Positions 46,802 to 57,016 of a DNA stretch of 64,000 bases are shown here, one piece after another. Source of the stretch: Octopus sinensis (Eukaryota). Location: the NCBI RefSeq assembly GCF_006345805.1, contig NC_043000.1, positions 22,134,001-22,198,000 of the forward strand. Reading direction: 5' to 3'. The notes below the pieces were generated by a model. The model saw nothing but the letters and a program-made list of their open reading frames with translations, was not told where the DNA came from and made no database searches. Numbering within the stretch: position 1 is the first letter of the stretch; the number at the start of each line of letters is the position of its first letter. A program made the translations under genes and the position numbers.

Positions 46802-49800
46802 ATAAAGTTTTGAATATTTATGATTATTCCCCCCTCCCCAACCGATTTTGGCCAATTTTTGCATTTAGAGAAGCGTTTTCGGTAAAAAGAAAACAAAAGT
46901 AAATATTTCCAAAAGAAAATGTGTGTGATTTAAGGGAGAATTGGCTGTTGTTTCTAGCTCATCACAAGACCACCCTCTTCATTTCTTTCTCACTTTGCAT
47001 GTATGTATTGAAAAACAACAGATTCTGAGCATGCTATGCTACAGCTCATATGCCTGGCAACTCATTAAATAATTAACTAGCCTGTTCTTCGTGTTGTTTT
47101 AAGGAGACATTTAGTATTTTCTTTATAAGTGATGGCGGGAAACAGTCATAACGTTTGCTCATGTTAATTTGTTGCTTGTAAGTTTCATGTTTTTTGCCGT
47201 TAGTTAGTAGTGTGGTGATAATGTAGTGACTGAATCCGTATTGTGAATAGAAAAGGGGAATGTGTAAGCCTTAGAAATTGAGTTTATTTTTATTTTTAAA
47301 AACATTTTGTTTAGAGTGTACTTAAAAAGTCTTGATGAAGATGCCTTGGTTTAATTTTTTTAGGTTTTAGAATCATAATTCTGCCCAGTTTCCAAATTCT
47401 GGGAGTTTGGCAATTTTGATTTGCCAGTCAAGAATGGTATTATGTTATATGCCTTGTATCTTGGTGTGAGCAACACACATTTTAAATGTATGCGTCTCAT
47501 TGATAATTGATATAGTATCTCATAATTTGCTCTGTTGCTATAAATGCTTAGGTGCTTGAGGCTGAATATTATTTCGGTTAAGTGTAATGTTGGTTTGTTT
47601 TTTGTTTTTAAAGTTTGAAAAGTTATTTTAGTTGTACAGTTAAGATCGTATTTTATGTTGTCATGAATATTTTTTTGGTTGGATCTTGTAAACTAAATTA
47701 CCACTTGATGGAAGTAGTTTTCCATAACTTTTCTGAAGCTTGTGAAAGTATTGTTACTTAGATCATCTCTGGAGCAGAGCTATGGAAGATTAGTAATCCA
47801 TCAAAGGATTAAGTTTGATCTTTAGCCCCTCTGTTCCACCTGTACCATACCTTTGCTTTGTGGGAGACCATACTGTGCATTCCAACAAATAGTGGTTAGA
47901 CACCCTTGTTGTATACCAGGTTATGGTGGTTTGGGGCTAGGCTTTGTTTTCTTTCAAGTAAGCCTATGATAAAAGGCATTTCAGCTAAGGTCATCTTGTC
48001 CGTGTAGTTAGAATTCTATTATCCAATGTTTCTTTCCTATTTTAAAATGATAGCATGGGATTTTAAGGCAGTTTGATTATTTCTCGTGGTTCAAGTGATT
48101 GCATAGAGGTATCCTTGTTGGTTAAGAAACCAATAAAACCACCTGTACTTTGGGAGGCTTCTGGTCTGTAATGCATGGAAACATCTTTCATGATTTGGAT
48201 GATGGTCTTGCAGGTGTTGTACTGGATAAAAGCTGTACAATCTGTATAGTTAGATAATTTTCTCCAAGTGTTTTTTCACCTACTTAATCTCTCTCTTCTT
48301 CCCCCTTCCCCCTGCTAAGGTAGCCACATATCTTCTATTTTTGTCATTCTGTTCATACTCATTACCTGGCACAAAGCCACCTCCTTCATATTACTAACCC
48401 CCCTATGGGGGTGTCTTGTTTCACAAGTTACCTGGTGACCTCACTGCTGCTAGTGTCACGAAAAAAAAAAAAACACCCAGTACATTTTTGTGAAGTGGTT
48501 GTCGTTAGAAAGGGCATCCAACCAAAGCAGACAGTAGAGCTTGGCATAATTTGCGAGCTCCTGTCAAAATGTCCTAACTATGCCAGCATGGAAAGAGGAC
48601 TAAATGATGATATACAAGCTGCCTATGGGTTTACTTTTAATTGGTGATTATTCAAGTCTAAAACTTAATTTGCTAAAATAAGTGGTTACTTGTCTTAGAG
48701 TATATATATGCAATGTTTCAGCATTGGCTCTAAAATTATGAAATGCTAACAAGTTGCAATTTGATAAAATTTACTATTCAAAAGTCTCCTCAAATAGCTT
48801 TCAGGTTATCTCCCTTGAATATGCTACTTCACTGCTTTGAAGGGAGATAGTTTTACCTCTTCTTCTAATTCTACCTCAATTTAGCTGGTTTTTAATAATT
48901 TTTGAATTTTTAAATTAAAATTTTAATTTGTTGCTGAAACAATACCTAAATTGTCATTACTTCAGCCACCATAATTTTTTTTAATGTTAATTGCTAGCGT
49001 AAATTGATCTTTTACTAAATATACAAGAACTGTTAGTAGCAGTGGTACTCAAAGTCCACAACTACTTTCATGGCTTTGGTAGATAGCATATATATTATTT
49101 TAAACGGGTGAGTAATTAGTGCTAGAGGTTGTTTTAGTAAAAGTATAAGTAGAGTAAAATAGTGAAAGAACTTCAGGGTACCACTATTTTAGTTAGTGAC
49201 AAAGGGTGTCTCCCTTTGTACAAAATGTAGACCCTATAAAATCTGTGAAGAGTGTGATACTGCACAGTAGTGAGACATTGGTATTGAATATTGGAAACCT
49301 GCTGTGAACTAAATACAAGCCATTGGATCTGCTGCATTAATTTGTAGGGAATCCAGAGTACAAGTGCAAAGAGCTGCTAATCATGAAGTTACCAGCTGTT
49401 GAGCATAAGCAGTTGCAGGAGTATAGACTTGATGCAATTGGAAAATATCTGAGTAAAAACAAAATGGTGTATGCTGAATATGGAAAGTACCTGTAGTAGT
49501 GAAAGACTTAAGGAAAAGCCATGTACTTCAAAGAAAAGATCATAGAACCAAAAGAATTGATGCATAGTGTTTAATCTGTCGACAAAGTAAAATGATTAAA
49601 ATTATGATGGTGAAAAATGTAGTTTAGAGTCACTGATTTTGATACATTGCCTTTGGGGAAAGATGGTCAATCTAGCATCTGTTGGTCATTGTACTTGTGG
49701 ACTAGGAATAACTTTTGGATTGGTGCATCATTAATCCTTGGAAAATCCATAGAGATGGTCGTGTCTTATGTAGATATCTCTATGTGAGATTGTAAAAGCT

Positions 49801-52427
49801 TTGAAGTGGATTGATTTCTAAGTCAATGGCAGCCAAAAACCTAGATCTTTACAAGCAAGCAGAAATCTGCTTACACTTGGTGCTATTGACAGATTGAGGA
49901 ATTTCTTTCTATCAGCCTGATAATCCAAAAATAAAAATGGTGAGGCACATTTCATTATCTAATGCTGCCTTCATGTGACTAACACTCAGTTTATGGTTCC
50001 AAAAGAAATTCAGTTTCATATGAAACTCCAAGTGTTACACTCATTCTTTTCTACACTTTGATTGCCAGTTCTATTTTCTGGACCTGATATTTAGTTCCTA
50101 CGGCCTTTTTATCTCTAATTTGGATGTATTTCACAAATGGTGACTGATCTCCTTTGCATTTACTTTGTCAATAAAGCATATTATCCTTAAGCACATTTCT
50201 CAATGAAACTGCTGGTTTGGTCATACAATGTCCATGCCAATATGGAAAGTGGATGTAAAAATGATGTTGATGTTAATGCCTATAAATTAGCTTCATCTAA
50301 AAAACTGCCATTTATTTTCTTTTTGCTGAGCTATCTTGCTGGTACGTTGATCAATTTGGTAGACATCATCATTTTAGGAATATGTAGAATCATATTATTA
50401 ACCACTGTCTTTTCCTTTCTTAGATGGCAAAGTGTAATTAGATGAGTATTTAGCTGTTATTTCTAACAAATTGGGTTCTCTTATTGGTTCATCAGCACTA
50501 GTCGTTTGCTGTGTAAGTTTGTGTGGAAAAACCAGCTAAGCATGAAAATAAACACTAATAGATGTACAAAAATATTGAGGAAAGCCATTTCTGTTTTGCT
50601 GTTAAACTTTAGTAGACTCTGTCACCCATTACTGTCTTTGTTTTCATCATTACCTAAGCCTTTTCCATATCAAAAGTTGTTTTTTCACAGTTCTTATGGG
50701 GGTTAGATTGATGGGCAAATACATTAAACTTTGCACTGAGCTCACTGCTAATCAGATTCTACTTTTAATTTCCTTGTGTTTTGGAGACAGTGAGTGGAGT
50801 TGTGGATCATAATAATAAATGATATGAAATACTCTTTCTTCCTTGCTAAATATCATTCTTTCATGTATTGTACCATAAATACAATCTCTGATACCATGTC
50901 TTAGTATAAGCATTTTATCTTTACAACTTCCTTAATAGCGCTTCTATTGTTTCTATCATTTTAAACAACATGGGAAACTTGATAATATTTACCAAATATT
51001 TCTTTGCATTTTAAAATTGCTTAGAAGTCTTTTAAATAAATTGCTGCTGAAATAATTAATGTTCCCAAAATTTGGAGCAGATATTACATTGTTTCTGTAA
51101 CTTACTAATTGCTAATAAACACGATTGCTGTTTATCTGAGGTTTAATCTCAGACTAATTATATTAATATAGTGCAGTTAAAGAAATGTCATTGTATTTTC
51201 TTCTGTCAAAGAACTTTGAAGAAGAGGAAAAAAAACCCCAGCTCTGATGCAAATGTATTTTTTCTTGTATTTTTAAAACAATGAAATGTATAAATTGAAA
51301 CAGGGAGACAAAGTAACTACTTACCTTTTATTCCCTAGTCTGCAATTTTATACGTCGGGGTGATGACATGCTAGAAGGGTGGTTTTATATAGCTTTATAA
51401 GATTTTCACTTTGGCACAAGACCACAAATTTGCGGGATGGGATTATATTATAGAACAATCCAATTTCAGTACATGACGGTATTTTATTGATACTAGGGAT
51501 AAAAGGCAGTCAAGCCTCGTGGCATTTTAATTCATCATGTATGAATAAAATAAAATCTGACCTGAACTTTTTTTCTTCTTTTAGAATTCTGTATATTATA
51601 TTGAAATAAATTCTTGTAGCAGGTAAAGAGTTAATAGAATTAAAATACTGGATGTGTTTGTTTTATATATATATATTTGTATACAGATGTGTATAAAATA
51701 CATGTATGTGCATATGTACAAACGAATATGCATCCACAAGAAAATAGGAACAGGAAGAAGTGATTGGGTTGGGATGTGAAAAAAAAAGTACAGTTGAGGA
51801 AAGAGGAGAATGATCAGGTGTTAATAAATGAAGGGATAGGATCATAGAAGCAGGCAGGTGGCAGCACGCGCATGTGTGCATGCAACCAAGAGACTTCAAA
51901 AGGAGAAAGTGAATGAATAGAGGATTGTAATTGTGTTTGTTATATGTAATGTTGTGTATAATGAATAGAGCATTGTAAAAGTTATGTTGATTCTTTGAGT
52001 AGTAGTACTAAGGGTGAAGATGAAATACTTTGCTTTATGTTTACAAATGTGAGATCTGTGGTGTAAGATAGTACAACATACAAAGTGGAAGCCTGATGAA
52101 TTGAAACCATATGCCTATAGATTTGGAAATGTTCTAGGTATTGTGTCCCCAGAAGTGTTCACACAGACGTCACTCTGTTTCATTTCTATAGTGTAATTAC
52201 AGAGTTTGTGGTCAATATGTACAAAGTGGATGCAATTAAGGTGATTATGGAGCTGTAATTGAGAGTTGGGGCAAATTTACTGGTATGGGAGACAAGGAGG
52301 CACATGTGTCTTGAAAGAGAAAAGAGGGAGATCAAGGCAGTTTAAGGATTGGAGCTTAAAAACTAGAAGATCGTATGTTGTAAAGTTGTAATAACTCCAA
52401 ATATACCTTGTTTTTCTTTTATTCCAG

Positions 52428-52674
52428 TCCTGATCGAAGAAGAAGACGGCACCATCATCATTATCATCATCATCGTGACAGGGCCCATTCTGATGAAAAT
52501 TCCTATAGTCCAGATCGTACAAATTATTCAAGTCGTCACAGCTACCATGATTCTGATCACAGCAGTCATTACCATTCACACGAAAGCAGTGGCCATAGCA
52601 GATCTTACAAACGAAAGAAGTATCGTAGAAGTTACCGGCACCATCGGCCATCCTACAGTTCTCAGTCAAGTCGG
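52428..52674 (+). CDS. CLK2: Second coding exon, Arg/His/Ser/Tyr-rich, putative CLK-type kinase N-terminus
   Basis: Acceptor TTGTTTTTCTTTTATTCCAG| and donor CGG|GTGAGT. 247 nt (phase 2 to 0) encoding (S)PDRRRRRHHHHYHHHRDRAHSDENSYSPDRTNYSSRHSYHDSDHSSHYHSHESSGHSRSYKRKKYRRSYRHHRPSYSSQSSR, in frame with 39165-39295. The symbol is tentative. Confidence 0.65.
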
Positions 52675-53335
52675 GTGAGTAGACTTATTGGGTATTTTCA
52701 GTTATTTATTATAGGTAATCGACATTGATCAGGAAAACAAATCTTACTCTACCTTGGCCCTAACCGCTCCATTGGCTCTTTAATATTAAGAGCCTTTTCT
52801 ATTTATTTATTTTATATATTCATTCTCTGTCCAGTTCCCATCTGCAATCTATGTTTCTGATATTTACTATTTCCAACTTTAATTTCATTAAAAATCTAGT
52901 TCATTCTTAAAACGATAAAAAAAAAAAACTAAAGAAAAACATAAAATAAGCCCCTGCAAAATGGACTGAACTTAACAGTTAAGTGGTTAGTTCCATTTTG
53001 CATCATATAGCAGGTAAGAATATCTAGACCCCCATGTTTTTTTTTTTTTTAAACTCCTATTTTTTCTCCCCCCTTATAACCTCATGTCAGTCATGTTGTA
53101 CAATTGTTAGAAACCAATTTTAAATGAAAGGGTTGAGTAGAAAAAGATTTATCTTATTTGAATATCACTCATTTCTGTAAAAACTAAGTAAGCAAGCAAC
53201 CCCACTAAGTATTCTGAGAACCTTTACATAAACCCCCATTGCAAAGTTCTTATAATGAACAATAATAATTAGTATTATTTAATTAGATTTAAAGTTCTGT
53301 TGGTTTCTTAATTCTACAACACTGGCTGCATTAAT

Positions 53336-53366
<31 letters not shown>

Positions 53367-56300
53367 TTAGCCTGACTAAGAGAATCTACCTAATTTAATT
53401 GAAAGCGGTGCATGCGAAGATTTAAACCTGACTTTGTCTGTTAGGTTTGAGTCTTAATTAAAAAAAAAAATCATAAACATTTTGTTTTTACTTCTCTGTG
53501 CTGGATGATGATAGTAGCAAGCTAAAGTTTGCTTGCTACTATCTAAGTATACGGGAGCAGGTAAGATACATCTTCATATTCACTAAAAAATATATATAAA
53601 AAAAATTAAAAATTATATATAAAAAAAAGGAAAAATATTCAAGAGACATTATTCCTTGCTCTTTACTTCAAATGACACTTTCTCAGATAAATGGGGATCA
53701 GCTTTTTAAATTTTCTCTTCATCAGTTATTGATAATTATCCCTTCAATATGATATTAAGCTTAATTAACTATCCTTTTCTAGTTTCAATTGTTGTCTATT
53801 TTCAATAAATAAAAAACAAAAATTGATTTCTTACCGTTTTTTCTCAGTTCATTGATTAATAGAATTGCTATTAAAATGTCTTACAATTGAAATCAGCATC
53901 AACATGAATGATAGTAATATTATTTTGCTCTACTTTAATATTAATGATATTTATTTTTGATGTTTCAGTTGAATAATTTGATAAATTTCTGATTTTCAGT
54001 GAAAAAATTCATCACAATTCTTGTTGTAATGATTATGGATTTTGAATGCCAGTGTTTTTTCAGCCTTTTCTCACTTCCTTTAGCAGCTGCTGATTTTGGA
54101 ATCATCAATGTCATCTTTATTCTATGGTAGTGGGAGTAGTACCAGCAGCAGCAGTAGTAGTGGTAGAAATTTTAGCAGCAGCTACCATTACTTTATTTAC
54201 AGTAGTCTGCTTTCTCAATAACCACCATAATACATTGGTAGTAGGACTAACGATAACAGCAGCAGTAGTAGTAGTAGTAGTAAGAGTGGTTGGTTGGCTG
54301 GCTAGCTGCTGCTTCTGTAACTACTTGCTTTGTAGCTCTCTTGTCATCTTCCTGGCTTTTCGTGTAATGTTTTCCTTTTTCCTCAGAGAATGATCAGACT
54401 GTATGTGTTTGGAAGAGATGAAAAAAGCTACTTACTCGGATTTGGAGATGTACTGATTTTATTTGCCTGAATCAGCTAAGGGTCAACGGTATCAGTATTA
54501 AAGCTTTTGTTGTCCTACAGCTGCAACAGCACACCACCATCCAATGATGGTGGTAGAGCTTGATTGCATTTTCTCTTTTAATATCAATTTACAGAACTGC
54601 TTTATATGTGGGGGAGCCATTGACCTGAAACATGGCTGCATAAAAGACTGCAACAACTGGTTATCAGGCTGCAGCTACTGTGAACAACCGATCAAATCAA
54701 GCAATGTATATGGTGGCATTTTCCCTGATAAGCCACCCATTGTCTTCCATTTGCTTCGAAATTTCTGTGACAGTAGCTACAAAATTGACAACAATTATGG
54801 TGGCATTTTGTCCTTGTGTTCTGAAAAACTTTCAATACTCTTCACCAAATTTACCACTATAGTTCCTGTTAATTATTTTCTTCTTTAGCTGTGTGATGAT
54901 AAAATTTGGTTAATGTTTTAAGATAGAACTGAAATAATTTGCTGTTCCCCTCCAAAAGAAAAAAAAAGAAGCCCACTATTTTTAAAATTATTTGTTTTTA
55001 ATTAAAATTATGTCTATTATTTTTAATAACACTTACTTACCCCTTTGCCAAAAAGCATTTCTTAATTCTCTTTTTGAATTAACTGATACATTTCGGTAGA
55101 TATTGAATATTTTGTTTAGCTTTCAACTTTTGTTTTTGTCAACAAGTCTTTAAATTCGTTTTAATTTTTATAGCTATTTTAGATAACAACATTTCTGTCT
55201 TTGTTTTACTGACTTCTAATTTTTCTGTTTCTATTTGGTTGTCTTATTCTAGAGGAAAAATAATCTTATCTTTTGCTTAGTAATTAATCTTCATTTTATT
55301 TACTATTCATAGTAAAATATCTTGTAGTTCATATCTTTTTGACATTCATTACATTTGAAACAAGCAAACCGATCTATGTGCAATGTTCATTAATTTCAAT
55401 ACCTTATTTACAAAATATTATCAAATATCGTGATGTGATTATGATTTATATTTTAATGACTTTTCATAGATTTTCTTGGTGACTTAAAAACTAACGACTT
55501 GTAAACCATCCATGTTTTTAATAATTAAAATAGATATCCTGTGATATTTTATAGAATAATGCCAATATATCTCATTGAAATTGCTGCCTGGTACTAAGTC
55601 TATGCAACTGTATTTGGTACGAACAAAATCCAGCTGTGATAATAACATTTATTTAAAATAACTTTTTTTTTTTAATTACACTTGATGTATTAACTTATCA
55701 AAAAATTAAATACTATCAAGGTTAACGAATTTATTAATGCATTAAGAGTAATTGTAAAGACTTGTTCCAGAAGGGAAAATGGCATTTAAATCTTAAGTTG
55801 AAAAGAAATTCATAAAATTAGTTTATTTTACCTCTTACTATTCCAATTGTGTCCCAAGAAAGTATTGAATCCTTGAGAAAGTGTTTCTTTAGGGCCAAAT
55901 ACCAATATTTTTCAAAATCATGCTGGCAGCATAGAGTAGAAAAAAAAGTGAATTCTTTCTGCGTCATATCAGTCGCTCGGCTTGTGGTGGAATGTAGACT
56001 TTAGGTTGGCTCACTAAAGGTTATGGAGCTTCTATCCAGCATCAGTAGCACATGTTTGTGATAAGGGATGAAATTCAAGCTGATACCAGGGCTGACTACT
56101 AAATATACATTTACACTTGAGAGAGAAAGAGAGTGAGTGAGTGTATATGCAATGGGAGTGTCTATTACTGCCTCTCTTTGTATGTATGTGTATGTATGTG
56201 TTTCACCAACTTTTTAGTCTTTTGTGCCCCCTCCTGTTTTAGCAGAGAATTATTGGTGTTCTGCAATTCTAATAGTGCCTGAATCGACTAAGCTAGCTAC

Positions 56301-56707
56301 CTCACTTGCTACCAGTCTATCTTTGCCTCTTGCCCAGTCAAGACTGTAGAACTTATAAGAAACTCCATTAACCACTGGAGGAGGGGGCAATAAGAAACTT
56401 AATTTTCATCTGTTCAGGAAGCTGCCCCCCTCCTCTTCTATTTCCTTTTGGAACATCTGCATGCTGGCCCTTATATTCACAAACATATGTACATGTACAC
56501 ACACATTATCTCCGTTTATTTTGCCTTTTGAGTACTGTTCAACAGTTATTCCTATTTTGGGTTACTGTGGTTCCATATATTTAGGAAGGACAAAATAAAA
56601 CTTATAAAAGAAGAAAAGAAAAGAAAACATTTTTTCAGTTAGTTGTTGGAATACATTATACTCGCTGAAAGAATTTCGTAGTCACAGATGTGGAATTTTT
56701 GTATAAA

Positions 56708-56911
56708 ATGAAAGTTGATGTCCTTACGGCATACAAAGAATGGGCAAATATGCCTACTTCTTCAACGGATAGCCCGACTACATCTCTAAATAATAACTCT
56801 ATTACTGCTACCACTACAACCACTACTTCAACAACCACAGATTCTATTACTGCTATCAATAATAATAACAACAACGACACTTCTCTATCAACTACTAACT
56901 CATCAAAAAAG
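56708..56911 (+). CDS. Candidate alternative first coding exon (68 aa, Thr/Ser/Asn-rich)
   Basis: AAAATGA start context; MKVDVLTAYKEWANMPTSSTDSPTTSLNNNSITATTTTTTSTTTDSITAINNNNNNDTSLSTTNSSKK; strong phase-0 donor AAG|GTAGGT. In-frame stop upstream at 56666. Confidence 0.55.
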
Positions 56912-56965
56912 GTAGGTATAGGATATTTTCAAGTTTCACTTAATTTTGAATAAAATTATAAGATC

Positions 56966-56985
56966 TGTGTGTGTGTGTGTGTGTG

Positions 56986-57012
<27 letters not shown>
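56966..57012. repeat. (GT)n microsatellite just downstream of the 56911 donor
   Basis: Directly visible. Confidence 0.95.

Positions 57013-57016
<4 letters not shown>

Noticed and set aside
52277-52669. Minus-strand 130-aa Asp-rich ORF
   Set aside because: Antisense of the real His/Arg-rich exon, which has proper splice sites on the plus strand.
53505-53620. Intronic C/D snoRNA (ATGATGA box C)
   Set aside because: No CTGA box D or terminal stem at a suitable distance.
54124-54393. Val/Ala-rich 89-aa ORF resembling a membrane peptide
   Set aside because: Produced by AGT/AGC trinucleotide repeats; no start context or splice support in that frame.
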